A program made the position numbers and the translations under genes. DNA of 57,414 nt, counting the filler, from Bipalium vagum (lineage: Eukaryota), in the NCBI GenBank assembly GCA_037834085.1. It is 3 parts of 3 records of this genome, joined end to end, with 100 filler letters (N's around TTAATTAATTAA, not from the genome) between each part and the next. Parts side by side here need not be neighbours in the genome. Positions count along the whole stretch, not along the records: positions 16,963 to 39,494 come from JBBMKC010216136.1; positions 39,595 to 57,414 come from JBBMKC010049417.1; 1 more part is not named here. One strand, 5' to 3'. The notes beneath the pieces are model-generated. The model made no database searches, was not told the origin of the DNA, and saw nothing but the letters and a program-made list of their open reading frames with translations. Below are positions 35,823 through 48,206 of the stretch, in pieces. The first letter of the stretch is position 1. Every line of letters begins with the position of its first letter.

Positions 35823-38800
35823 CTACGTTGAACTCGGAGAGGTTCATTAATAAGTTCTTAAATTTTGAATTGTTACATGATGTATTTATTATAATAATTA
35901 TTATTATTACTATTATTTATTAATTTCATTTATCGATGTTACCTTTTCCTCTACCATGTTTTGATTATCGTAAATCTTTTTAGTAATAAATGTCAATGCC
36001 GAAAAAACTTTTTATTGTCGAAGATATCTTAAATTGAAAAATTTGTTGGAATGCATACTTACATCCGAAACCGTTCAAAATATCACCTGATCGAGAAATA
36101 CAGATCAAATTGGTTATATTTCTATATTCATTCTTTTTTATTCAAAATTCCATACCAAAAGACTCACATAACTGCCAAATTATTACTATATCAACAATGC
36201 CAATATATTTTCAGGTTTTGAAAGTAACTTGAAGAAATTTATACTGTCACAACTGTTACCCCTTTTAACGTAGAAGATTTGAAGAAAATAATTTTGAAGA
36301 AGATTCTAAAGAAATTAAGTATGACTATAATGGTTTCCTTGAGATTCAGAACGTCCTACAGAAACGCTTAATATGTCAAACTTTCAACTTTAGTTCGCAG
36401 AGTAAATGGTATGAAAGTTATCTCAAACTGCCTATTAATAAAAGATAAAGTGAAAGTTTACTTTCATTATCGACACGAACGATAACATTCTGACTTTAAA
36501 AGACTTGCACGTTAATACTTAAATTAAATTAATTAAGTCAAGAATAATCTCTAACTTCGATGTAAGTTGATGTTATAAGAACTACGCTTTCGTCAATTGA
36601 TCGTCTAGTTGACTACAACAAATACCAAAAAGGATTATTGATGACTTGAATCGATTAATTCTTATCGACTGGATTATTATTTCTAACGACTGTCGAAAAT
36701 TCGACGTAACTCTTATTTTAACTGATTTTAGATCGATATCCATACACTTTTCCTCAATTTGACGAAGCTCGTTGCTCTTTTCAAATCTGAGGTCATAGTT
36801 TACATCGATGTTAATATATTTATGATTATAATAATTTAATTTATTATTTTAATTATGAAAACATTTTTATAACTATAATTTAAATTAACGCAGTCTGATT
36901 AAATTTTTTTTTAAATTGATTATTACCTTTTATTATTATTTTCATTACAATAATTATTATTATACAATAATAGAAGAACCATTCAACAAACGGATTATTT
37001 TAAAAGGAAAGGTTCCGTTCACTTGTAATTTCGTTCAGCGCATATTTCCACTGGGTTGTTCCATTTCAGTCAAAGAGCAGTAACAGTTAATAAACACTTT
37101 TCAATTGCAAATATTTAAACTTAATGAATATTAAAACAAATATTACATCATTTTTTGAACAATAAGAAATACTTTTATTATCTCTATTATTATTCATTAA
37201 AAGTCCAAAGAGAAGAATAACAAAATAGAAAGTAAAAGAATAAAGAATAATACTCTCGTTCAGTGGAATAGAAGGACAATAGAAGATCGTTGATTGTTAT
37301 TGCTGGGACACCAGGGCATCAACAAATTTTCAGATTTTGAGAGAAATGTATTTATTTCACATCAAGCTGAATTAAGGCAAGAAAAACGATTCTAAAGGAA
37401 AACAATTCGTGTTCCATTCATTTATCTTTGCTCCGTTCGATGATATCATCACTTTATGTGGAGATATTTTGTTCATTGGAAGACCCCTCAAATTGGGTAG
37501 ACAACAGATTGCTATAAAAGACATTTTATGTCCCTTTGGTGTGCTGAAAGATTGGAAGAATCAGTTTATTAATGTTGTAACGTGACCATTTAAAAGAGAC
37601 GGTTTCCAAATAAAATATCGGACTTCTGCCCCAAATAGACCAATGTTATGCTTGCACATTCAATGTGAACTTCTCTTTCTTTTTGATCTGCTGAACATTT
37701 ATGTTCTTTGTGCTTTGAAGACTTTTCATGAAACCCTTCTCACCAAATGATATTTACAATGGACATGTTCCCAACCAATGTCCTGGCCGAATTATCCAAG
37801 AAGATTTTCCACCGAAATAAATAAACTTTACCTAAGACTCTCCGTTGACCGTTTCCCCGGTTTTTAAATTGATAAAATTTAAGTATAAAAAATTAAGCTG
37901 AGATTAACGGTGAAAACCTTTTGCTCGGGAACCGTTTTTCGATAAAGAAAACATAATTTAAAGTTTGTTGAGATTATTTGTTTTAATGAACGAATAAATA
38001 ATTAACGACGCTTATTAAAATTTCGACTTTTGAATTTATCGTCCAATATGGATATTGCAATAAGCCCCGGTCGAAATGGATTTCCGTTGATCCTCTTCAC
38101 GGATTATATTTCTGAAGTCTTTGAAGAAAGACGTCCGAGAGTTGGGTATTCGGTAATTGCAGTATTTGTGGCACTATGAATACATTTGCTCCTCAAACGT
38201 TTCCCTCCATCACCCTCATGGGTAATATAAAATTCAGTTAACTTCCAGCTGACAAAGTGACTTTGGTCGACGGTCTCATTGTTTGTACTGAGGGTCAAAG
38301 TGAAGTGTCCCGAAACTTGTTCCCAGGTTATTTTCTTTTCAAAGTTAATTGCTGACATTGTTCGTCTCACTGACGGTTTCCATTACGTTTGCCCCTCTCA
38401 GCCCTTCTTTAAAAGGAAGAATTTGAATCTTAAAATGAAGAAATGATGGACATTTACACAAGTCTTTATTAGCTTTATTCTCGTGGTGTGAGTGAAATGA
38501 TTGTTAAGAGGGGTTGGGAGAACCAGAGAAGGAGTTCGTGTAGCTGGTCTCTTCTCGGTTATCTGCATTCTTTCGTCCGGTGTTGTTGGTAAAATCTAAG
38601 ATCTTTTTCTTCATCTAAACGCCCTTTCCAACTGTTCTTGTCATTCATGTATTTCCTTATATTTCCTCCATCGATTATGTGTCAATGCTTTAGGTATCAT
38701 TTCCTATGAGGTTCTATTTGCTTTGATCTAACAGTAATGAATGTTTAATATCATTTTTGAACTGCTCGTGGACCTTCCCAATAGCTGTGGTGCAGAAATA

Positions 38801-39494
38801 TTTGGGGAATGCATTAAATAATATTTCTCTTTGACTCCTAAACGTTTTTCTACTTCTTCAGTGCCTCTTAAAAACCAATTCACTTTACCTATTTTCAATT
38901 AGCAGATTTCTTCCAACTCACACCATCACAAATTTCGAAGAGGGCGACCGACATACCTTAGGACCTACCTTTATCAGCCTCCCTGATAACCAGACCAGCA
39001 AGATCCCCTAACTACTTCTCTTATTACTGTCCAAAGTATCGCCGGATAAAGTATAAAGAATGATTTATTACTATCTTTGGTGGGCGTTCCATTTACGGAA
39101 TAATAAATCTAAAAATAAACCCTTCTGACACGACCCAAAAATAATATGAGACATCCATTATCAATGAAATGTCTGAAGCTGCAATCCTCCCAAAAGTCTT
39201 TCGCAAACTTCGAAAGCCAAAAAAGAAAACGTTGAGAAAAGGAAATTCTTTTAAAAAAGAAAAATCAATATTTAATTTTTATTTCTAAGCAAACCAAAAA
39301 AAATTAAAATAAATTTAATGTGAGCTGCAAATTATGAAGTCATAAACAGGAACATTGAATGGGAAAAGAATGGAATGTAATGATAATAATAACAAGATTA
39401 TTAATTATTATTTAAGAATAATAAAATTAATAATAATAAGATTTATAATAGTATGAATATGAATTGACAAACGAATAATATTGAAAATAAAAAT

Positions 39495-39594
39495 NNNNNN
39501 NNNNNNNNNNNNNNNNNNNNNNNNNNNNNNNNNNNNNNTTAATTAATTAANNNNNNNNNNNNNNNNNNNNNNNNNNNNNNNNNNNNNNNNNNNN
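39495..39594. other. Artificial assembly linker
   Basis: 44 N + TTAATTAATTAA + 44 N. Confidence 0.95.
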
Positions 39595-39747
39595 AGACCT
39601 CGTCCGCTGATTGGTGTCCTGGCGTGGTCGCCATGTTAGTGAAAATTAATCGGAGATACCGGGATTCGAACCCGGCACCTTCACATGCGCATGCACTGCT
39701 CTGACCGCTGAGCTACATCCCCCGACTAACTTTCAATTTATCTCACA
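39595..39747 (-). mobile_element. 5' LTR + PBS of a tRNA-containing miniature LTR retrotransposon (Helenus-like TRIM), truncated by the gap
   Basis: On the minus strand the LTR runs TGTGAG...CTAACA (39747-39634) and encloses a tRNA-like sequence. It is directly followed by TGGCGACCACGCCAGGAC (39633-39616), the reverse complement of an 18-nt tRNA-Arg-like 3' end including CCA. Confidence 0.7.
39651..39722 (-). tRNA. tRNA-Ala-derived pseudo-tRNA (CGC at the anticodon position; anticodon stem broken)
   Basis: GGGGATGTAGCTCAGCGGTCAGAGCAGTGCATGCGCATGTGAAGGTGCCGGGTTCGAATCCCGGTATCTCCG. The acceptor stem (with G3.U70), D stem, T stem and boxes A and B are intact. The anticodon stem is unpaired, position 33 is G and the discriminator is G. 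Confidence 0.8.
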
Positions 39748-41099
39748 AATATTATTTATTAATTCAATTTTCACAATAGCACGTTGACAAGGATGATTAT
39801 TTTGACCATATAAAATTTGTGCAACAAGTGTTACCTAAAATGATTATTGCTGAAAAGACCAAGAACTTTATCAGTAACATTATAATATAATTGTTATAAT
39901 ACTTAATGACGTGAAGTAGATTATTTACATATAAACTGACAATTTATTTAGAAAAACAAAAAATTTCTTTTTCTTTTTTTTGAGTTATTTATATTATTTT
40001 AGCAATTATCGAATTATTATTTAAGGTTAAATCTCTTTTCAAAAAGAGAAACAAGGAGAAAGGAGAAACATTGATTTTTAAATTGTCTAGTAAACAAATT
40101 TTGCTTTATAAAAAGGATTTTATCTGCAAAATAATCGTTTGCCTTTAATTAATTATTTTAACATGTAATTTTTATAGATTAAAACAACAAAATTAATTAA
40201 TCATTTAGATTTTAAGATTAAGTAAATAAAAAATTAAAGCAAATTGTTTTATTAAGAAAAAACTCATTTATTCAGACATAAGAGTAGTATTCAACAAATA
40301 TTAATTAAAACAAATGTAATATTAAAAAAATCATTATGACTTTTTTAAATAAAAATAAAAAAATTAATAATAACCAAAGGTTTCAGTTTAAAATATATGA
40401 AGATTAATATTAGATTATTTTCTGTAAACTTGTCTGTGGCGACATAAAGCTTTACTTTTTATCAAAATTAATCAAAATAACCGCGTTATTAACCACAGAT
40501 AAATCCCGGTAAGCAATAGAAAACCAATTAACAAGTAAGGTTTATTTTTTTCAATGAAATATTATTTTTAACAAAATTAGATAACGGCAATGAAAGAATC
40601 TTTACCAGCAATAAAAAAGCTTTAAATAGACCTTGTTTAATATACTTAACTTTGATCATACTTTTAATACTAAAATTAAATATTTATTATTAATATTATT
40701 ATTATTTGCATCGCCCGTTCAAATTATATTAAAAATATTATTTTATTTTTTTATTATAAATATAAATCGTCAGTGAAAAATCATTTTTAAAATTATAAAA
40801 TTTAAAGTCAAAGAAATTATTTTCATAAAAATTATATTATATAAAAATAAAGAAAAAGCTTTTAAATACAGACTAAGTCTGATAGAATAGATAATTTAGG
40901 AAAATGATTTTAAAAATCTAATTTAAATATAAAAAATGATAGTAAATTGGAATATTATCATAATAGTAATCGGGTTAGGTTAAACACGATGTGAATAAAG
41001 TACGTATCAGATTTTAAAATGTAATGGCGTAAAATATATTCAACATAAGACTCTCAGTTATTGATACAGGAAAATTTATTATGAACATTTTATATTTTT

Positions 41100-41490
41100 C
41101 TAAGGAATTACCATTAACTGCAATAAGCATATGTAAGCGATTATAAAACTTATTCATATTATATTTTGACAAATTTCTGGTGATATTCTAGCTACCTTCA
41201 TTTGAATAATATCTTTCAGGTCTTGGATATTTTTATCATTCTTCTATAAACCTGTGAATGTCCAAGGCGATTCTTTATAAACTTGACTTATGTCTTATTT
41301 TAATTTCAATTGATGGTCTTCTAGACTTCCAAATATCACAAACCCTCCCAATCACTTTGAATTTTGCGAATATCTTCCTTATTTTCCTCGCTATATGCAT
41401 ATTTTTCAATTTCAAGTGTGACTAATGTGACTGATGTCATTTTAGCCATAAGTAAAACAATTTGCACTCATTCTTCAATAGAGAACATTA
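41100..41490 (-). mobile_element. Decayed DD41D-type transposase N-terminal remnant
   Basis: MFSIEE*VQIVLLMAK, with a KSRRPS (RSGRP-like) segment downstream. Boundaries approximate. Confidence 0.5.
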
Positions 41491-41689
41491 ATATTTGAAT
41501 TTACTGCAATTAAATTCGATAACATCGACGTATTAAAACTATTGAACACTTACATTAATTTTCTGAAATTCTATTTCTTAGAAAAGTTTAAATTTAATAT
41601 ATTTTATTTAAAAATTTGTAATTTATTTTTATTTTTGTCATTTCTTTTTGAAAACTTTTCATTGGATCTTATTTATGGTAAAACGAAAG

Positions 41690-42770
41690 TGTGTAAAGTT
41701 AACTGTTGTGGATAAAATTGAAATTTTGAAGTACATTCAGACTTACCATGTGTATTCAGATCACAGAGTTTGAAAAGAACATTCAAGCAGAATTATCAAT
41801 CATATCAAGAGAAACAAGAATTGTTTGATCTGGTAAACAAAAGTAGTTGGCGAATTTCAGTTTTAAAGTTAAATGTTTTGGACAAAGAATTGGCCGTTTA
41901 GAGTGTTAGACTTGAAGAAAGAGGTCCTATAATTACAGAAAATATAATAAAAGAATAAGCGGTGAAAATAGCTGATTTAAATGGCATACAAGATTTTAAA
42001 TCTTCAAATGGGTGTTAAAGAAGTTTTAAGAAAATAAACTTGTTGAAATTATTAAATGTTTAAAAACAATTTTGACTATTAAGAAATTTAATGACAATTG
42101 AAAAAATAGAATGCGGAATATTTACATTTGAAGCTTATAAAAAATTAACTCTCAAAGACCCTATTTTCTTTCTAACATTTGCTTGAAATGTAATAACAAA
42201 TTGAACAATTTTACATTGTTTTAGTCATGCTAAATGCACCAATAATAAAAGTTGATAATTTGAAAAATCGATTACTTTCATTGTTGATAATTTAAACGAT
42301 TTTATTTCTAAAGCACAGATACTTGGTCCCTTTGGTGAATCTGAATTTGTGAATTTAGATTTTCTGAGGATTATGTAATTTTAGAAGTCGAATATAAATC
42401 TATAAGTTTAAATCTGAATGAAAATAGTGCAGTTCAAGTTTTTAAAAGCAATGACAAGTCAGATGATAATGAAAAAAAATCAAATGATGACGATCATAAC
42501 TTTGTAAGTGTTTCTATAAATGATTTTTTTCTGTTACTCAATTAATAAAGAATACTTCGACCAGCCAGACATGTTTAAAGCTATTGAAAGACTGAAAAAG
42601 GTCTCAAATGCATTGAGCAAGAATACAAAATGCACTAGACAACTGGGTAATAAATAAATAAAAGTTTTCGTTTTGTCTTCTTCAACATTGTCATTTTAAA
42701 AACCTCTCTTAACCACTACCTTTTTCTAATTCCCCAAAATTGGAGTTTAAGAAGAGAAATAATGTAATTT
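41690..42770 (+). mobile_element. pogo/Tigger-like remnant
   Basis: LDKELAV*...GPIITENIIKE*AVKIADLNGIQDFKSSNGC resembles a CENP-B-type HTH (FKASNGWL). Boundaries approximate. Confidence 0.55.
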
Positions 42771-44387
42771 AATTATTTTTTGTTTTTATTATTTTATTAA
42801 CATTTTTAATTTCCTTTAATAATTACGATGGAACGTACTTTGGTAATAAGAATATGAATTAAATAAATATTAAAAATATTATCAGTATAGATAATAATAA
42901 TAACAGTTTATTAAATATAAGTACTTGTATTTAAGTAATCATTTAGAAAAGTGCTTTCTTCATAATAAGTTGGGTTATTTCTTTCATTACATATTAAAAT
43001 CTTTAATAAATTAAATTTGAGAGTTTTGTGAATTCATTTAATTTTGTTTATCTAGGCAAAATTTCTCATTACATTAATTATCAAAATAAAGGGAAAAAGA
43101 ATTTGTAAGATTCTAAATGACTGTAGTGTTACTCAATACAAAAATTAATAAAAACAAATGATAAGAAGGATAATAAATATAAAATCAATCTGTACAATTA
43201 TAATTTTCCTTTAGAAATTTTTCAGTAAGAAGATTTATATATTTTCTAAAGATTCACATAATCATCGAGCTTGATAATTAAACTCATACTTATAATAACA
43301 GAATGTTTATGATTATAAAATTATGAGTTCATGTGTTTTTAATGAATAAAAATGAAGAGAATTTTTCCTTAGAAGTGCTAAACATTTTTCTTTAATACTT
43401 TTAATATTTTTAAAGTAAAGTAATTTAATAATTATTTAACATTTTTTGATAATAAATGTAAAAATTCAGAAAATTAATTTTATTTTCTTTAATCCTTCGT
43501 CTTTGAAAGAAACATTTTAACTGCTAAATTAAAATATTATTATAAATATTCATTTTTAAGTAAAACAAACCAATAAAAATATTAAAATGTACCAATTAAA
43601 TTTTTAAAAAATTTATATTTTATATAGATAAGTACAATATTTTATCTAATTGAGTGATTCAAATAAATTTAAATGGCAAACATGTATATTTGTCAATAAA
43701 GAATCAGGACAATAAATCTTATGACACAATTCTGGATGTAATATGAGTACCTCTTATCATATATGAATTATTTACTTAAATGATGCTGATGCCATACAAA
43801 AATGCTGATATCTGATTAAATTAGATTGATTAAACAACAGACGCAATTCATTAAAACAATAAGCGATGCGTGTTAAGAACGATTAGAGTATTTTTTCCTA
43901 TTTTTATGAATAAAGAGAAAAAAATTATATTAAAACTAATGTGAGCTCCAAATTGGTATTTTGAATATTTTTAGTTTAAATTTTTAAAATGGTAAAAATT
44001 ATTAAATATTTGACGAAAAGAAAATGAGTATATACAACGCTGAAAAAATTCATGTCCACACCAAGATAATAAAACAAAATAATAAAAAACTTTATATGTA
44101 TTTATTTTTATACAAAATAATCAAACAAATTTAATATTAGTATACATAAAAACTGGAATTTCGCATGGACCGTCAATATTTTGTTTAGATATCTTTGGAT
44201 GCAATAACTGCACGTACACATCGTAGCATGTACTTCAGCAAGCTGCGGGCTTCCTTTGGAGTGATGAGCTGCCAAGCATTATTTAACTCATGTATATACG
44301 TGTATTAGATCTTTTGAAATTTTGAGTAATCATTCTAGTAGATAGCGATAATTAAAACAAAATGAATTAGATTTAAATTCAAAATTA

Positions 44388-45667
44388 TAGGGTGTTTATT
44401 ATGTATGTTAACATACTTTATTTTTAAATTACAAGTTAAAAAATAAAGGTATTACTAATTTGTTTATATAGATTAAAATTTTAATAATCCATTTAGTTAA
44501 TTTTAAAATAAAATGGCATCGCATTTTTCAATGGAAGAAAGAATTCAATTTGTTGTATGGAACTCCAAATTTGATAATTTTGAAGAAGTAATTAGGCATT
44601 GGAAAAAGAAGTTTATCGCTCCACCACTAAGTAGGCAAACAATCAAAAAAAATAATGTAAAAGTTTAAGAAGACTGAAGTGTTCATGACCAAGTAAAATC
44701 CGGCCGACCTCGTTCCGTATTAACAACGAAAACAATTCAAAGAGTGAAAAAATTGACTGAAGAATCTAGCAATTTTTCAGTTCGGCGGGGTGCTAGGGAA
44801 CTTGACATGACTGTAAGCAGTTATTACATGGCAATTAATGAAGCAGGCTTTCATTCATTTAAGCCATTAACCGTAATTGAAATCAGCGATGACGACTTTG
44901 ACCGAAGAATGGAATTTTGTCAGATAATGTTGGTACAATTCCAAAATGGCTCTTCCTTGGTCAACAAGATAATGGGGTCAGACGAGAGTAAGTTCATGCT
45001 CAATGGAGTTGTTAAGAGCCACAATTGCTGTTATTGGGCCCTAAATAACAATTTCTGTTAGAAATTTCAGGGTCGGAATAACGGTGTGGTGTGGTTTAAT
45101 TTCACAAGGTATCATTGGGTCATACTTCTTCGAAAATACGGTAACTGGTGAGTCATATCTGGAGATGCTGGAAAAGTTTTTATGACCTAGAATAACTAGA
45201 GGTCATAAGTACTTACAACACGATAAGGCACCTGCGCACTATTCACAAAAGGTCATGAACTGGCTAGACAAAAAGTTCCCAAATCACTAGATTGGAAGGC
45301 AAGGTTCAATTGAGTGACCTCATCGTTCACCCGATCTAACTCCGCCTGACTTCATCTTTTGGGGATATCTAAAACAAAATGTGTACAGAGACATACCTCA
45401 TACAATCGCTGAGCTCAAGGACAAAATCAGTCATGTTTGTAATGAAGTAAATACTGGAATCTGCCTGCGAGCATGTCTAAATGCACTGTCTCGATTAAGC
45501 CATTGCCTAGCTATCAAGGGCGTCAAATTATATAATTACATACTTTATTTGTTTTTAAATATATGTTATTCAAATAAAAAAGTATTAACTACTTTATATC
45601 TTTATTGTTTGTTATAATATTTAAAATGAACATACATTTAAAGTTAACATACATAATAAACACTCTG
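44388..45667 (+). mobile_element. Full-length DD41D (rosa/Visitor-type) element, inactivated (1280 bp)
   Basis: TA-flanked TIRs TAGGGTGTTTATTATGTATGTTAAC and (reverse complement) CAGAGTGTTTATTATGTATGTTAAC. Motifs SDESKF and QHD-x41-D (RSPDLTPPDFIFWGYLK), with premature stops. Confidence 0.9.
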
Positions 45668-46931
45668 TATATATATCATAATTATTTAATCAATCCGAAT
45701 GATTTTTATCTGGATGAAAATGTGCAATTATTAAATATAAATAATATTTAGCATCATTATTTTTAATATTTACTACATATGGAGATCTTATTGGTAATTT
45801 CGTATAACTTGAACTAATCTATGATTGATATTCACTTGGGTTAATTCTTAATTTCTAATATACGTAAGTTTCCAGCTAGAACCATTTAATTCTTTGTCTT
45901 CTTTATAATTATTTAATCTTGAAAATATTGTGAAAAGAGGTATTTTCAAATTTATTGTAATATAATACTTTAAAATTATTAGAATAAAGAATAATTTTAT
46001 TAACTTTAGTAATAAATTAAGCTCTTCTTTTACATTTTCTACGTGTCATTCATTTAGAGATTTTACTTTTTAACTAGATTTGATTAATTCATGTTTTGAT
46101 TCTAAAAAGTTATTCATCTCATAGCCATAACATTTAGTAATATGTTTAACTTTTCCATTATTTAAATTTCTGTTTTCATATAATGTTGTATTTTAGGGTA
46201 GTTTATCAAAAAATTATTTGATTATTAATTAATTGTAATTTATTTAAATGCTCCTTTGATTTTTTCTGTGTATGGTAGTTCAAATTATATTTATAATGTC
46301 TTTATATTTTACTCATAAATGGGTTTAAAATTTGGATCCAATATTATCTGAATTTTTGATTTTAAATTAGTTCCTGAACTCTTACGAGTGATTATAAATA
46401 ATGTTGAGTATTTTTTAGGTGAAATATTTATTTATTTTTGTAGTTTTTAATTTTTTTATTAAAATGATAATATTTTTTAATTTATCTTTTAAAAATTTTG
46501 ATTATAAAAGCGACTTTTCCTTTGAAAAATATATAAGACACCTCATAATAGAAACCAGCTGTCATTTGATTAGTTATTTTATTACTTATTTTTGGAGATT
46601 TAAAAGCTTATTACATTCGGATGTGTTTTATGAAACAAAGCTGATCCAATATTTAAGCATGAAAACGAAAATATATTATTTTTTATCTTATGTCACATTA
46701 TTTTTCCACATAAAACTGCCATTAGAATTATTAATGAAAAAATTAAATCAAAATAATAAAATTAAATTATTGGAAATATTTCTCAATAATGATGCTATAG
46801 AAAGAACTAAAATTAGAGACCATTTTTTTGCAGAAATTATTTTTTTTAATTTGGTCTTCATTTATATTCGTTTAGTCATTTGTACATTAATCATATTATA
46901 ATACAAAAATCATAATAATAATTTTTATTTA

Positions 46932-48206
46932 TTAGGTTGTCCAGTATGAAATTGCGGATTTTCAATATTATTTTAAAAAAGTCAAAAACAGCTTGTAAAT
47001 AAATTTTATTAATTAAAATATTTCCCATCGCTTTTGACACACTGTTGCCATAGGGATAATAACTGTTTAATTACCTTTTGGTAAAACTCCGAACTTCTTG
47101 AATCGAAATATTGAGCGATGTCCTTTTTGATGGAACCTTGGTCCTGGAAAAATTTATTAGCCAGAAATGCATCCATATGCTTGAACAGATGGTAATCTGT
47201 AGGTGACAGATCTGTGGAATAAGCTCGATGAGGCAAAACTTCGTACTGTAAGTCATGTAATTGTTGTAAAGTCACTTTAGAAACATGTGGTCTTGCATTA
47301 TCCTGAAGCAAGATCGGCCCCTTTCGGTTTACAAGACCTGGTTGTTTTTGATTTAGCTTTGTGTGCATAGCCTCAATTTCTTGACAGTGACTGTGAGGTA
47401 ATTGTTTCACCTGATTTCAAGAAATTGTAATGTAGTAGGCCATCCTCAGATCACCACACAGTTATCATAGTCTTCTTGGGGTGAAGTCTTGGTTTAGACA
47501 TGGTTTTCGGCTTCTCATTTAAGCATTGCGCTGATCGTCTACAATTGTTGTACACAATCCCCTTTTTATTGCATGTTATAACATGAGACAAAAAGGGATC
47601 AATTTTGTTCCGATTTATTAATGGCGAACAGATTTGCAATCGATATTTTTGTTTATTTTTTGTTAAATCATGGGGAATCCGTGAATCAAGCTTCTTAACC
47701 TTACCAATCTCTTTAAGATGGGTGGAAATTGTTAATTTGGACATATTGAGAACTTGAGCAAGTTCTCTCACATTTTTTCGAGTATTTTCTTCGACAGCTG
47801 ACTTCAATTGGGCTTCATTTAAGAGGGTCTTGGGTCTTCTGCGGTGTTGGTTTTAGAGACTAAGGTCCCCGTCTCGAAATTTTTGAACAATATCTGTGTT
47901 GTTCATTCGCTTATACTACCTTCACCCCATGCAGCATTAATGTTTCGAGTTGCTTCTGCTGCATTGTGGTTAAGTTTGAACTCGTATAATATGCATCCTC
48001 GAATTTGTTGATCAACCATGCCTAGTAAAGAACGATAAAAAACTTTTACTTTAAATTAATATGCTTACTTTTATATTTATATCAATGTTTGAAAGTTACT
48101 CTTGAATTTGGTACATATAAACAAACAATTTTTTGTTAACATTTGTGATTAACTTTAATTTGAAAATTAATATAAAAGATCCGTAATTTCATACTAGACA
48201 ACCTAA
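46932..48206 (-). mobile_element. Full-length mariner (cecropia/Hsmar1-like) element, inactivated (1275 bp)
   Basis: TIRs TTAGGTTGTCCAGTATGAAATTGCGGAT and (reverse complement) TTAGGTTGTCTAGTATGAAATTACGGAT with TA target duplication. Coding remnants MVDQQIRGCILYEFKLNHNAAEATRNINAAWGEG...QDNARPH...YSTDLSPTDYHLF, frameshifted. Confidence 0.92.

Noticed and set aside
39651-39722. Functional tRNA-Ala(CGC) gene
   Set aside because: The anticodon stem cannot pair canonically, position 33 is G and the discriminator is G. Its context (LTR end plus PBS) indicates a mobile element.
46419-46901. 160-aa plus-strand ORF
   Set aside because: GTG start, F/I/K/L-biased composition expected from AT-rich DNA, and no motifs.
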